This document shows, one piece after another, positions 1-10,178 of a stretch of 64,000 nucleotides of DNA (positions within the stretch are counted from its first letter, which is position 1; each line of letters opens with the position of its first letter). A model generated the notes under the pieces. That model was not told the origin of the DNA. It was given only the letters and a program-made list of their open reading frames with translations, and made no database searches. Made by a program: the position numbers and the translations under genes. The DNA comes from Gammaproteobacteria bacterium (GTDB lineage Bacteria > Pseudomonadota > Gammaproteobacteria > CBDBNL01 > JAAOII01). The DNA is taken from contig OZ242372.1 in assembly GCA_965209035.1 (NCBI GenBank), positions 2,048,001 to 2,112,000 on the forward strand. The letters run 5' to 3'.

Positions 1-188
1 TCCCCCAATTTTTATGATTTTTATCGTTCTTTGTTTGCCTATCGCGAAGTTTTTGGCAGAACATCCAACAATTTTCTTATTTTAGAACCCGATAGTGAGT
101 TTCTAAACTATTTTAAATCCATAGACCGTCCCAACTAAAAAGACACAACTAAAAGCTAAAAGAGACAGCGAAGACAGGTAAAACAGGT

Positions 189-548
189 ATGAAAAAGATT
201 TCCGACTTGGAATTCAAGGAAGTCGGTAAAAAGGATAAGATCTTAGCGGGGAAACAACTGGAATCTTTTGTTCAACAAATGGAGCATTGGGAGGTAACAG
301 GTCTTGGCGGCAGTGAATCTCTTTATAAGATGTATCGGGTAAATAACTTTGTCAGTGCCCAGAAATTGGCACAGATGTTCGGCGATCTTGCGGAGAAGTA
401 TAACCATCATCCGATCATCAGTTATACTTGGGGGAAGTTGGAAGTTTACTGGTATACGCATTCTCTCAAGGGAATCCATCAAAATGATATTTTTATGGCA
501 CAAAAAACCGAAGACATTGCCTGTTCTTCCAAGTTACTCAAAGATTAA
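189..548 (+). CDS. phhB: Pterin-4-alpha-carbinolamine dehydratase (PCD/PhhB family)
   Basis: 119 aa with the family motif AEKYNHHP..., W.TH..GI..NDI.MA; no phhA in the window. Confidence 0.85.
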   Translation: MKKISDLEFKEVGKKDKILAGKQLESFVQQMEHWEVTGLGGSESLYKMYRVNNFVSAQKLAQMFGDLAEKYNHHPIISYTWGKLEVYWYTHSLKGIHQNDIFMAQKTEDIACSSKLLKD

Positions 549-551
549 CCC

Positions 552-848
552 GTGCCGATTTACGAATACGAATGCCGGCACTGTGGCAATCATTTGGATC
601 AACTGCAAAAGATCAATGATGCGCCGCTTACACAGTGTCCGTCTTGTCATAAGGAGGGTTTGCGCCGCCTGATGTCTCGCACCTCTTTTCAACTTAAAGG
701 AAGTGGCTGGTATGTAACCGACTTTAAGGACAAGCCGAACGAACCGAAGCCGGCACAATCGGCGGAACAGAAGACCGCCCTCAAGGATCCCAAGGATCTC
801 AAGAAGGCGGAAGGAAAAAAAGCATCCTCGGCTCCCCCCGCCGAGTAA
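552..848 (+). CDS. FmdB family zinc-ribbon protein
   Basis: MPIYEYECxxC...CPxC...F.LKGSGWY.TD signature; usual position upstream of aspS; GTG start. Confidence 0.9.
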   Translation: MPIYEYECRHCGNHLDQLQKINDAPLTQCPSCHKEGLRRLMSRTSFQLKGSGWYVTDFKDKPNEPKPAQSAEQKTALKDPKDLKKAEGKKASSAPPAE

Positions 849-872
849 CGAGCCGAGTAACAAAAGGAGAGA

Positions 873-2681
873 ATGAGTCTTCTGCGCAATTGTTTGTGCG
901 GTAAAGTCACCGCGGGCCATCTCACCAAGAAGATCAAACTTTGCGGATGGGTGCATGCCAGACGGGATCACGGCGGCATCATTTTTATTGATCTGCGCGA
1001 TCATAGCGGGTTGGTGCAACTGGTATTTGACCCGCAAAATAACTCCTTGTTTTCTTTTGCGGAAACTCTCAGAGACGAGTTTGTGATCTCTGCGGAGGGA
1101 ATTGTCAGAGAGCGTCCCGAAGGAACCGTCAATTCCCGCATTGCCACAGGTACTCTTGAAGTGCTGTGTGAAAGCGGGGAGTTGCTAAACCGGGCGAGCA
1201 TCCTGCCGTTTACCCCCGAAGAACATGCGCGCGCCAACGAGGACACACGCCTGCAGTATCGCGCCTTGGATTTGCGGTCCCAACAGATGCAAGATAACCT
1301 GCGATTCCGGGCATCTGTTACCTCGTCTGTGCGGCGGTTTTTGGAACAGAGAGATTTTTTGGAGTTGGAGACTCCTATCCTGACACGCTCCACGCCGGAG
1401 GGTGCCCGAGATTATTTGGTCCCGAGTCGGGTACGACACGGCAGTTTTTTTGCCCTGCCGCAGTCGCCGCAACTGTTTAAGCAAATTCTTATGATCGGCG
1501 GTATGGACAAGTATTACCAACTTGCCCGTTGTTTTCGCGACGAGGATCCGCGTTCGGATCGTCAAGCCGAGTTTACACAAATAGACTTGGAAATGGCCTA
1601 TGTGACAGAAGAGGATGTGATGCGGCTTGCCGAAGAGATGGTGCGTCATTTGTTTAAGGAACTATTGCAGACGGAATTGCCCGAGTTTCCTCGTCTGACT
1701 TACGCAGAAGCGGTTGCTCTTTACGGCACCGACCGACCGGACCTGCGTATTCCGCTTCGGTTCACAGACATTGACAAGGAATGTGTGGCGACGGAGTTTC
1801 GTGTGTTTCAAGATGCGGCCAAGGATTCCGATGCCCGGGTTGCGATGTTATCCGTCCCGAACGGAGCGCAATTCAGTCGCAAGGATCTGGATGATCTGAC
1901 AGAGTATGTCGGCAAGCGAGGCGCGAAAGGCCTGGCGTATATTCGTGTTACAGATCCCGCAGCCGGGCGCGAAGGACTTCAATCTCCTATCATTAAGTTT
2001 TTTTCCGATGAGTTTCTCGCCAAGATATTACAGTTGGCGAATGCCGAAGCCGGGCATATCCTTTTCTTTTCGGCCGACAAAAAGAAAGTTGTCAATGAAT
2101 CCTTTGGCGTCTTGCGGACGCATATTGGCAAAAAAATTAATCTGTTATCCAAAGAATGGAAGCCCTTATGGGTCACGGATTTTCCTATGTTCGAGTTGGA
2201 TGCGGACGGACAGCCGCAGCCCCTGCATCATCCGTTTACCGCATTGCATGATTATGATGTTTTTAAAGAACCGCAAACAGACCCGGATGCGCGCGCCGAA
2301 CTGCTTCGAAGTCTAAAATCCCGTGCCTACGATATGGTTATTAACGGTGTTGAGGTCGGCGGCGGCTCGGTTCGCATTCATAAGAGCGAACATCAGACAA
2401 AGATTTTTGAACTGATGGGGCTTTCCAAAGAGGACGCAACACAGCGGTTTGGTTTTTTTCTCAAGGCGTTGGAGTTGGGTGCGCCGCCGCATGCCGGCAT
2501 GGCATTCGGACTGGATAGACTGGTGATGTTACTCAAAAACCTGTCAAACATTCGCGATGTGATTTGTTTCCCTAAAACACAATCCGCTTATTGCCCCATG
2601 ACCGAAGCACCCGCCGAAGTGGAAGCGAAGCAACTGCGGGAACTGGGTATTCAACTGCGCCGGGATCCGCCGGTCAAATAA
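873..2681 (+). CDS. aspS: Aspartate--tRNA ligase
   Basis: GWVHARRDHGG, STPEGARDYLVPSR, ALPQSPQLFKQ, RCFRDED, GAPPHAG motifs. Confidence 0.98.
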   Translation: MSLLRNCLCGKVTAGHLTKKIKLCGWVHARRDHGGIIFIDLRDHSGLVQLVFDPQNNSLFSFAETLRDEFVISAEGIVRERPEGTVNSRIATGTLEVLCESGELLNRASILPFTPEEHARANEDTRLQYRALDLRSQQMQDNLRFRASVTSSVRRFLEQRDFLELETPILTRSTPEGARDYLVPSRVRHGSFFALPQSPQLFKQILMIGGMDKYYQLARCFRDEDPRSDRQAEFTQIDLEMAYVTEEDVMRLAEEMVRHLFKELLQTELPEFPRLTYAEAVALYGTDRPDLRIPLRFTDIDKECVATEFRVFQDAAKDSDARVAMLSVPNGAQFSRKDLDDLTEYVGKRGAKGLAYIRVTDPAAGREGLQSPIIKFFSDEFLAKILQLANAEAGHILFFSADKKKVVNESFGVLRTHIGKKINLLSKEWKPLWVTDFPMFELDADGQPQPLHHPFTALHDYDVFKEPQTDPDARAELLRSLKSRAYDMVINGVEVGGGSVRIHKSEHQTKIFELMGLSKEDATQRFGFFLKALELGAPPHAGMAFGLDRLVMLLKNLSNIRDVICFPKTQSAYCPMTEAPAEVEAKQLRELGIQLRRDPPVK

Positions 2682-2688
2682 TCCGGTT

Positions 2689-3429
2689 ATGGCGGGACAC
2701 AGTAAATGGGCGAATGTCAAGCATCGCAAGGCAAGACAGGATGCCAAGCGCGGTAAGTTTTTTACCAAAGCATTGCGCGAGATTACCGTGGCGGTCAAAC
2801 AAGGCGGCGCTGGCGAGGATAACCCCCGTCTTCGCCAAGCCAAAGAAAAAGCGCTGACACTCAATGTGCCCGGCAAAACAATTGAAAGAGCGATTGCAAG
2901 AGCACTGGGGGGCGAAGGGGGCGAGAATTACAGCGAAGTAGTTTACGAAGGATATGGCCCCGGCGGCGTAGCCATTTACATAGAAACTCTCACGGATAAC
3001 AAAAATCGCACAGTGGCAGAAATCCGACATATTTTGGGCAGGTTTGGCGGTAACCTTGGTCGGGAAGGGTGTGTCGCACACCTTTTTAAGCGCGAAGGAC
3101 TCATAGAGTTAGCCGGGGTTGCGGACGAAGGCCAACTTCTTGAGGATGCGACCAATGCCGGGGCGGAAGATATGCAATCCGGCGAAAACGGCATTTTTTA
3201 CCTGCAAACCGCCGCCGATAATCTGGTGGCCGTCAAAGAAGCACTGAGAGACAAGAAGTATGAGATTTCTTATGCGGATATCACCATGTCACCGTTGGAT
3301 GTTTGCCTGCTCTCGACTGACAAGCACGAAAAGTTGCAAAGTCTCTTGGAATATCTGGAAGACCTGGACGATGTCCGTTCTGTTTACAGTAATGCTCAAG
3401 AAGCCGCCGTATCTGATTCTGGGGCTTGA
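2689..3429 (+). CDS. yebC: YebC/PmpR family protein
   Basis: MAGHSKWANVKHRK start, YEGYGPGG, TDNKNRT, LEDLDDV. Confidence 0.97.
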   Translation: MAGHSKWANVKHRKARQDAKRGKFFTKALREITVAVKQGGAGEDNPRLRQAKEKALTLNVPGKTIERAIARALGGEGGENYSEVVYEGYGPGGVAIYIETLTDNKNRTVAEIRHILGRFGGNLGREGCVAHLFKREGLIELAGVADEGQLLEDATNAGAEDMQSGENGIFYLQTAADNLVAVKEALRDKKYEISYADITMSPLDVCLLSTDKHEKLQSLLEYLEDLDDVRSVYSNAQEAAVSDSGA

Positions 3430-3928
3430 TCCCGGTCTGGAAAATACCGGTTTTGGCTTACTTTGTATCAAAGATAAACATCCCCGGTATGAAGCCAGCG
3501 GGACGATTAGTTGCAAAAGAACACATTCTATGTCGCGACGGCTTGCGGAGTATTGGCAGGCCCTGGGCGAGTTACTGGAAAAGTATCAGCCGGATTGCTG
3601 TGCCATAGAAGATGTTTTCGTCGGTCCCAATCCGAAATCGGCATTAAGGTTGGGTATGGCACGGGGAGTCCTCTTGGCGGGTCTGGGGGCCCGGGAGATG
3701 GCGGTGTTCACTTATTCGCCCAAAAAAGTTAAGCAAAACATTGCCGGCAACGGCAACGCCACCAAACAGGTTTTGGCAACCATGACTTATCGTCATCTGG
3801 GAATTAACGGAAATCTGAGCCATCATGCAACCGATGCCCTGGCAATTGCGTTGTGTCATTTTTATGAGGATCAATTTACCGCAAAAGTGAAATCTTCCGC
3901 ATCTTTCGGGGTCGGAAGACATTTATGA
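3392..3928 (+). CDS. ruvC: Holliday junction resolvase RuvC
   Basis: ILGLDPG..TGFG, AIEDVF, ARGV, G.GNATK, DALAIA motifs; start placed at ATG 3392 within ORF 3260..3928. Confidence 0.93.
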   Translation: MLKKPPYLILGLDPGLENTGFGLLCIKDKHPRYEASGTISCKRTHSMSRRLAEYWQALGELLEKYQPDCCAIEDVFVGPNPKSALRLGMARGVLLAGLGAREMAVFTYSPKKVKQNIAGNGNATKQVLATMTYRHLGINGNLSHHATDALAIALCHFYEDQFTAKVKSSASFGVGRHL

Positions 3929-3960
3929 TTGATCATATCGTTTGGTAAAACAGTAAGGGG
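3925..3960 (+). pseudogene. Possible 5' stub of ruvA
   Basis: ATG overlaps the ruvC TGA (ATGA). Reads MIDHIVW*; removing one T gives MIDHIVGKTVR, resembling RuvA N-termini, at the expected ruvA position. Confidence 0.45.
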
Positions 3961-3980
3961 ACTTATTTAATCCGCATGTT

Positions 3981-5165
3981 ATGAAAAACAAGCAAGCGAA
4001 TTCTCGCTTTAAGATCCGTTATTGCTGTTTTCCGAGTAATAGAAAGAAAGAGTTGTTACTATCGGACAAAGTTAATACCGGCATAACACAATATATGCCG
4101 AAATATCCTGTGACTCGTGTGATGCAGCTAATGGCTGCCAGTCCCTACGAGTTTATTTATGATGAACGGCAACCGGATGTTATTTTTCTGCCCCATTATA
4201 CTTATTCTAAAAATGTCCTTAAATCCCGCCGATTGTGGGGAAGATATCCGGTACTCATAGGGTTTCTTGGAGAAAATGCCAAGTTTGATTTGCGTTATAT
4301 GGATCGATTATTTTCAGGTTATGCTTCTGCAGATCCCAAAAGAGTTACAGTAAGTGAGATGCTATTGCTGTTGAATCTGCGCCCTCGATTTCCCGACACA
4401 AACTATTCAAAACATGTGCTTGCGTTGAAAGCAAACGCACTTAATAACATTACCCGATATTCTGCCGCTCCCAAGAGCAGATTCTGTAACTTTTTTTATT
4501 CCAACGATTCCTCTCCTGAAACAATTATCAGACGACTATTTTGTAAAAGTCTGATGAGATACAAGCATATAGATTGTGCCGGTCGTTCGTTGAATAATAT
4601 CCCCGCATCCGCGCGCGAACAAGTAGTTTCTCGATATAAGACGAACTGGAGAAAAGGCAAGTGGAAGCACATCAAAGACTATAAGTTTACCATTGCCTTT
4701 GAGAATCAAGCATCCGCCGGCTATGTTACGGAAAAGATACTTGATCCTTTGCTTTGTGGCAGTATTCCAATTTACTGGGGAGCACCCGATATTGCGGATT
4801 ACTATAACCCGGATGCTTTCATCAATTGTCATGATTACAATACTTTTGATGAAGTAATAGAAAGAGTGATAGAAGTAGATAACAATCCAATTCTGTATCA
4901 AAAATATCGCAATGCCCCGCCGATGTTACCGGGCAGTCATTATGATGATATGTCGAATAAGGTGCGGATGGCTTGGGAAGATATTGTGTCGGAGATTTTG
5001 TCCCGGCGCGATGACAAGCAAACAGTAATCGGTAAACAAGTTTTTTCTATCGCGATATTTTGGCAAGAGTTGATGCAAAAAAATGTGGAAAATTTTTCGC
5101 AAAATTTGTCGTTTACCAAAAAATTGACCAAAAGTTATCTCTCTAACTTGAGGAGACATTTATGA
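3981..5165 (+). CDS. Glycosyltransferase family 10 (alpha-1,3/4-fucosyltransferase-like)
   Basis: FC.F.YSN and YKFTIAFEN...GYVTEKI.D....GSIPIYWG alpha-1,3-FucT motif; visibly AT-richer than its neighbours. Confidence 0.88.
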   Translation: MKNKQANSRFKIRYCCFPSNRKKELLLSDKVNTGITQYMPKYPVTRVMQLMAASPYEFIYDERQPDVIFLPHYTYSKNVLKSRRLWGRYPVLIGFLGENAKFDLRYMDRLFSGYASADPKRVTVSEMLLLLNLRPRFPDTNYSKHVLALKANALNNITRYSAAPKSRFCNFFYSNDSSPETIIRRLFCKSLMRYKHIDCAGRSLNNIPASAREQVVSRYKTNWRKGKWKHIKDYKFTIAFENQASAGYVTEKILDPLLCGSIPIYWGAPDIADYYNPDAFINCHDYNTFDEVIERVIEVDNNPILYQKYRNAPPMLPGSHYDDMSNKVRMAWEDIVSEILSRRDDKQTVIGKQVFSIAIFWQELMQKNVENFSQNLSFTKKLTKSYLSNLRRHL

Positions 5166-5242
5166 TTGTGCTATAATCTAAAAGTAAGCGTTATTATTAA
5201 TTCTTACTTTTTATCTTATTAAATTAAATTAAATATCAAAAA

Positions 5243-5626
5243 ATGAATAACTTAATTTTACTTTTTGCGCGTTTTCTTTTGGCGCATATGTTTCTACTCA
5301 GCGGTATCCAAAAAATTGGGGGCTATGCCGGCACTGCCGGTTATATGGTCAGCCAAGGAGTTCCGGCCTTTTTGCTGACTCCGGTAATTGTTTTGGAAGT
5401 GATCGGTGCTCTTTGTATCATTGCGGGTTTTGGGACTCGCATTGCCACTTATGCATTGGCAGCTTTCTGCATTGTTGCGGCTATAATTTTTCACGGCGAT
5501 TTTTCCGTTCAAGGGCAGACCGTGCAATTCATGAAAAACTTTACGATCGCCGGTGGCTTGTTAGTCCTGGGTGTATTTGGTCCCGGCAATTGGAAAGTTG
5601 GCGGAAAATTTTCGTGGAAACGATAA
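5243..5626 (+). CDS. DoxX family membrane protein, copy 1
   Basis: AR.LLA..FL.SG..KI, E..G...I..G..TR, FMKN..IAGGLL; TGCTATAAT upstream at 5169-5177. Confidence 0.9.
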   Translation: MNNLILLFARFLLAHMFLLSGIQKIGGYAGTAGYMVSQGVPAFLLTPVIVLEVIGALCIIAGFGTRIATYALAAFCIVAAIIFHGDFSVQGQTVQFMKNFTIAGGLLVLGVFGPGNWKVGGKFSWKR

Positions 5627-5844
5627 ATTGATTCGGTATTTTTACGAAGATTATAAACAGTTGCCGTAAATCATTCACTGATTACAAACCGGATTCCTGT
5701 GACATAAAAGGGTTCTCATTGTTCCCAATCGGTATTCTGGTTGGGCATGATATGATACGCGGGATTCTTTTAGCCGCTCCGGAGTCCGGTGACTCGGTAT
5801 TTTCAGTGAACCCTCTGAAAATATTAATGATAAGATTGCGTGAA

Positions 5845-6025
5845 AACATCCTCATCATGCTCTCAAACAACTCTCACCGATTCGGTTCTTGCAAAAACAA
5901 CAAAAGTCCGGAAATGGGTGGGATCATACAATAATCTCGAACGTCCTCATTATGCTCTCAAACAACTCTCACCGATTCGGTTCTTGCAAAAACAACAAAA
6001 GCCCGGAAATGGGTGGGATCATACA
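5845..6025 (+). mobile_element. Two tandem IS481-family right-end remnants
   Basis: Units end GGGTGGGATCATACA at 5930 and 6025 and match the last ~90 bp of the full IS (YN.ERPHYALKQLSP). Confidence 0.85.
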
Positions 6026-6122
6026 CAAATAAATTGGAATTTACGATTGTGCTATAATACGCAAGTAGAATTCATTTTTATTGATTCTGATTTATTAAAT
6101 TAAGATATTTACCAAAAGACAA

Positions 6123-6512
6123 ATGAACAATTTTATCTTATTTCTGGCGCGCCTTCTTTTGGCGCACATTTTTTTACTCGGTGGCATCCAAAAAGTGGGT
6201 GGCTATGCCGGCACAGCCGCTTATATGGTGAGCAAGGGAGTTCCGGCATTTTTGCTGATTCCGGTCATTGCTCTGGAAATCATCGGTGCCCTTTGCATTA
6301 TTACGGGTTTTGGCACACGGATTGCTTCTTATTTATTGGCAATTTTTTGCGTTTTGGCTGCTATCCTATTTCACAGTGATTTTTCGGTTCAGTTAGAAAC
6401 AGTGCTATTCATGAAAAACCTCACTATTGCCGGCGGCTTACTGGTTCTCGGTGTATTTGGTCCGGGCGGTTGGCGACCGGGTGCCCGCCCGTCCAAAAAA
6501 CTTTTTTCGTAA
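6123..6512 (+). CDS. DoxX family membrane protein, copy 2
   Basis: Close paralog of 5243..5626 with the same GATTGTGCTATAAT upstream element (6045-6058). Confidence 0.9.
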   Translation: MNNFILFLARLLLAHIFLLGGIQKVGGYAGTAAYMVSKGVPAFLLIPVIALEIIGALCIITGFGTRIASYLLAIFCVLAAILFHSDFSVQLETVLFMKNLTIAGGLLVLGVFGPGGWRPGARPSKKLFS

Positions 6513-6515
6513 ATG

Positions 6516-6589
6516 CGGGGTATAGCGCAGCTTGGTAGCGCGCCTGCTTCGGGAGCAGGAGGTCGTGAGTTCAAATCTCGCTACCCCGA
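6516..6589 (+). tRNA. tRNA-Pro (anticodon CGG); CCA not encoded
   Basis: CGGGGTA acceptor pairs with TACCCCG; D arm GCGCAGCTTGGTAGCGC; anticodon arm CCTGC-TTCGGGA-GCAGG; T loop GTTCAAATC. Confidence 0.95.
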
Positions 6590-6631
6590 GATATTTTCTT
6601 GTTCGCAATCGGTATTTCCCGAAATCGGTTG

Positions 6632-6934
6632 ATGGAGGAAGCATTGCATATTGCCTTGGTGGGTATGGGATATGTATTCTTTTTCCTCGCCTTATTGATA
6701 TTAATCTTATCCGCAACATCTTATGTCTTAAGGCGTTTTTTTGTTGCCGATGCGTCTTTGGTTGTTCCAAAATACGGGAAGATCGATGCCGAGGCTGCAA
6801 CCCAACTCGTTAAGGGGGGCATTAACAGGGAGAATGACAAAACGGATACTTTGCCGATCTCGGATACTACCCGGTTGAGCGTAGCGGTGGCCGCTCTGGA
6901 ACATCATATCAAGACTCAAGGTCCGGCTCAATAA
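6632..6934 (+). CDS. oadG: Oxaloacetate decarboxylase gamma subunit
   Basis: Single TM LVGMGYVFFFLALLI and C-terminal VAVAALEHH; upstream of oadA. Confidence 0.8.
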   Translation: MEEALHIALVGMGYVFFFLALLILILSATSYVLRRFFVADASLVVPKYGKIDAEAATQLVKGGINRENDKTDTLPISDTTRLSVAVAALEHHIKTQGPAQ

Positions 6935-7043
6935 AACCATAAAGAAAAAAATGCTTCTCCGGTTTGCATTTGTTAGAATGAATGGTTCTCATACTCCGGA
7001 ATTTCAAATTGCCCAATTAATATATTATTAAAACATCCAAAAG

Positions 7044-9026
7044 ATGAATAAAGAAATCCAACCGACTACCGCAGCAACGCCAAAGGCGGCAGTTCAACCT
7101 GTGCCGCGCGGCCGCAAAATTACTTTGACCGAACTGGTATTACGAGATGGCCATCAATCCCTCCTCGCCACTCGTATGCGTTTGGATGATATGTTGCCCA
7201 TAGCGGAGCAAATGGATAAAGTAGGCTACTGGTCTGTTGAGTCCTGGGGGGGAGCCACTTTTGATTCTTGCATTCGTTTTCTGGGAGAAGATCCTTGGCT
7301 GCGTATCCGCGAACTCAGTCGTGCCATGCCCAATACTCCTCAGCAAATGCTACTCAGAGGTCAGAATATCTTGGGTTATCGTCATTATGCCGATGATGTG
7401 GTGCATCGGTTTGTTGAACTGGCGCATAAAAGCGGTGTCAAGGTATTTCGAATTTTTGATGCTCTAAACGACATACGCAATCTGCGAACCGCCATTCGTG
7501 CGGTGATTGATTGCGGCGGTCATGCCCAAGGCACGCTTTCTTACACGGTCAGCCCGGTCCATACCCCGGACGGCTGGACGGATTTGGCAAAACGCTTGGA
7601 GGATGCGGGCGTGCATTCACTTGCCATTAAGGATATGTCCGGTCTTCTCACACCCTATGCGGCTTACAGACTGGTCAAGAAGATCAAAGACAAGACAAAC
7701 TTGCGTGTGCATATTCACTGTCATGCTACGACGGGCATGTCAACCGCTACCGCCTTGAAGTCAATTGAAGCCGGCGCCGATACCATAGACACTTCCATTT
7801 CTTCCATGAGCATGACTTACGGGCATTCCGCCACCGAATCTCTGGTCAATATTCTCAATGATTCTTCCTATGATACCGGATTGGATATGGAACTTCTCCA
7901 AAAGATTGCCGACCATTTCCGTTCGGTGCGTCCCAAGTATGCCAAGTTTGAAGGTTCTCTTAAGGGGATAGATGCGCGTATTCTTAAAGCACAGGTGCCG
8001 GGCGGTATGCTCAGTAATCTTGAAAATCAACTCAGAGAACAAAATGCTGAGGATAAAATGGACGAACTCTTGGAAGAGATTCCCGAGGTGCGCAAGGACC
8101 TGGGTTATATTCCGTTGGTTACCCCCACCTCGCAGATTGTCGGCACACAGTCCGTCTTAAATGTTCTCGGCGGCGAACGATATAAAAATATTTCCAAAGA
8201 GACCCTGGCTCTGGTGAAGGGCGAATACGGCAAAACACCAAGCCGTATTAATAGCGAACTATGGAAAAAAGTTTGGAAAGGCGAAGCCCCGAAAGATCGT
8301 GCCAAGTATGATCCGAGTGCCAGACCGCCCGAGTTATCGGAAATTACGAAGCAGTTAAGAAAAGAGGCGGAAGAAAATAAGTTCTCTTTGTCGGCGGATG
8401 AAAACGAAGATATTCTTACCTATGCGCTTTTTCCGCAAGTCGGGCTACGATTTTTTATGAATCGAGATAACCCGGCCGCCTTTGAGCCAAAACCCGGCGC
8501 CGAAACCCAAACCCAAATAAAAGAAGAAGCCCAACAGCCCTCCTCGGATGCGCCGGACACCAAGCAAGAGACATCCAAACCCGCGAAACCTTCGTTAAAA
8601 GATAAAAAGACGGATGCCGACAGGCAAGACACAGGCACCTACAGCGTCACAGTGGATGGCAAAGAATTTCTGGTGCGGGTGCGGCCGTCCGACACAACTC
8701 CCGCCGAATCTTCCGTGTCCGAGCCGTCCCCCCTCCCCGCGGATTCGCAAACGAAAACTGATGCGGCAAAAAACGAAACGGCAAAGGCAAATGACGCGGG
8801 CACAACCGACTCCATTAAACTGCAGACCGCGCCGCTTGCCGGAAACATCTTTCGTATTCTTGTAGTGCCGGATGAGACTGTCACAGAAGGACAGCCGTTG
8901 TTTGTTTTGGAGGCGATGAAAATGGAAACGGAGGTTTGTGCGATTTTGGGCGGACGGGTGAAAGAGATTTATGTTCGCCAGGGCGACAAGGTCTCGGTTG
9001 GTGACAAGTTATTGAGTTTGGTATAA
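7044..9026 (+). CDS. oadA: Na+-translocating oxaloacetate decarboxylase alpha subunit
   Basis: LRDGHQSLLATRMR, WGGATFD, IKDM, H.H.T.G, PLVTPTSQIVGTQ, biotin motif EAMKM. Confidence 0.96.
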   Translation: MNKEIQPTTAATPKAAVQPVPRGRKITLTELVLRDGHQSLLATRMRLDDMLPIAEQMDKVGYWSVESWGGATFDSCIRFLGEDPWLRIRELSRAMPNTPQQMLLRGQNILGYRHYADDVVHRFVELAHKSGVKVFRIFDALNDIRNLRTAIRAVIDCGGHAQGTLSYTVSPVHTPDGWTDLAKRLEDAGVHSLAIKDMSGLLTPYAAYRLVKKIKDKTNLRVHIHCHATTGMSTATALKSIEAGADTIDTSISSMSMTYGHSATESLVNILNDSSYDTGLDMELLQKIADHFRSVRPKYAKFEGSLKGIDARILKAQVPGGMLSNLENQLREQNAEDKMDELLEEIPEVRKDLGYIPLVTPTSQIVGTQSVLNVLGGERYKNISKETLALVKGEYGKTPSRINSELWKKVWKGEAPKDRAKYDPSARPPELSEITKQLRKEAEENKFSLSADENEDILTYALFPQVGLRFFMNRDNPAAFEPKPGAETQTQIKEEAQQPSSDAPDTKQETSKPAKPSLKDKKTDADRQDTGTYSVTVDGKEFLVRVRPSDTTPAESSVSEPSPLPADSQTKTDAAKNETAKANDAGTTDSIKLQTAPLAGNIFRILVVPDETVTEGQPLFVLEAMKMETEVCAILGGRVKEIYVRQGDKVSVGDKLLSLV

Positions 9027-9047
9027 CCGCGAAATCGGTTGCCTCCG

Positions 9048-10178
9048 ATGAGTGATCTTTATACTCTTTGGCTCGGAACAGGCTTGGTTGGCATGCATTG
9101 GAAACAGGCAGTCATGCTGGTCGTTTGCCTTGTTCTACTTTACATGGCAATCAAAAAGAAGTTTGAGCCTCTCTTGCTCTTGCCGATTGGCTTTGGCGGA
9201 CTTCTCGCCAATGCGCCTTTGGCGGGTCTTACCGAAGCAAACGGCATTCTCACAGTTCTATATGACTTCGGCATAGGTACAAGTTTATTTCCTCTGTTGA
9301 TCTTTATGGGAGTGGGGGCCCTGACCGACTTTTCTCCTATGCTTGCCAACCCGAGAACTCTGATGCTGGGGGCGGCCGCCCAGTTTGGTATTTTTTCGAC
9401 TTTGATAGGGGCCGTGGCACTAAGTGACCTGGGATTTTTTGATTTCACGCTCAGAGAGGCGGCCGCCATTGGCATTATCGGCGGAGCGGACGGACCGACG
9501 GCCATTTACCTTTCCAACAAACTTGCGCCCGAATTGCTGGGTGCTATTGCGGTAGCCGCTTACTCGTATATGGCATTGGTGCCAATCATTCAGCCGCCGA
9601 TCATGAAACTCCTCACCACAAAGAAAGAGCGTTTGATCGTGATGAAGCAACTGCGGCATGTTTCCAAGACCGAGCGCATTGTTTTCCCGCTTGTCCTCTG
9701 TATTCTGGTGATGTTGTTTTTACCCGCGGCCACTCCTCTGCTCGGCATGTTCTGCTTGGGGAACTTAATTCGCGAGAGCGGGGTAGTGGATCGTTTGAAT
9801 GATACGCTTCAAAATTCTCTGATCAACTCGGTTACTATTTTTCTGGGTCTCTCGGTCGGCTCAAAGCTCAAGGCCGCGGAGTTTCTGGACAGCAAAACAA
9901 TTGCCATTCTTTTGTTGGGCATGGCCGCTTTTGCTCTCGGCACAGCCGCCGGGGTCCTCATGGGGAAACTTCTCAACAAGATAAGCAAGATTCCTATCAA
10001 TCCCTTGATCGGGGCAGCCGGTGTCTCCGCGGTGCCGATGGCGGCCCGTGTCGCCAATAAGGTCGGGCATGCCGAGAATCCGCACAACTTTCTTTTGATG
10101 CACGCGATGGGACCGAATGTCGCCGGTGTCATAGGCTCGGCCATAGCAGCCGGGGTCATCATCCAGTTTTTGGGGTGA
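9048..10178 (+). CDS. oadB: Oxaloacetate decarboxylase beta subunit
   Basis: [48 protein letters not shown]. Confidence 0.96.
   Translation: MSDLYTLWLGTGLVGMHWKQAVMLVVCLVLLYMAIKKKFEPLLLLPIGFGGLLANAPLAGLTEANGILTVLYDFGIGTSLFPLLIFMGVGALTDFSPMLANPRTLMLGAAAQFGIFSTLIGAVALSDLGFFDFTLREAAAIGIIGGADGPTAIYLSNKLAPELLGAIAVAAYSYMALVPIIQPPIMKLLTTKKERLIVMKQLRHVSKTERIVFPLVLCILVMLFLPAATPLLGMFCLGNLIRESGVVDRLNDTLQNSLINSVTIFLGLSVGSKLKAAEFLDSKTIAILLLGMAAFALGTAAGVLMGKLLNKISKIPINPLIGAAGVSAVPMAARVANKVGHAENPHNFLLMHAMGPNVAGVIGSAIAAGVIIQFLG

Larger units (their letters stand above)
3917..5168. repeat. 15-bp direct repeat AGACATTTATGATTG bracketing the GT10 gene
   Basis: Exact copies at 3917-3931 and 5154-5168; RuvC and the GT10 protein both end RHL*. 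Confidence 0.8.

Noticed and set aside
3260-3391. Long N-terminal extensions in the ORF track for ruvC (also cdsA, pyrH, gmk and the AlkD-like gene)
   Set aside because: They overlap upstream genes; family homology begins at later starts, which were used instead.
6516-6589. tRNA-Pro as an integration site for an island
   Set aside because: No duplicated tRNA 3' end and no integrase were found in the window.
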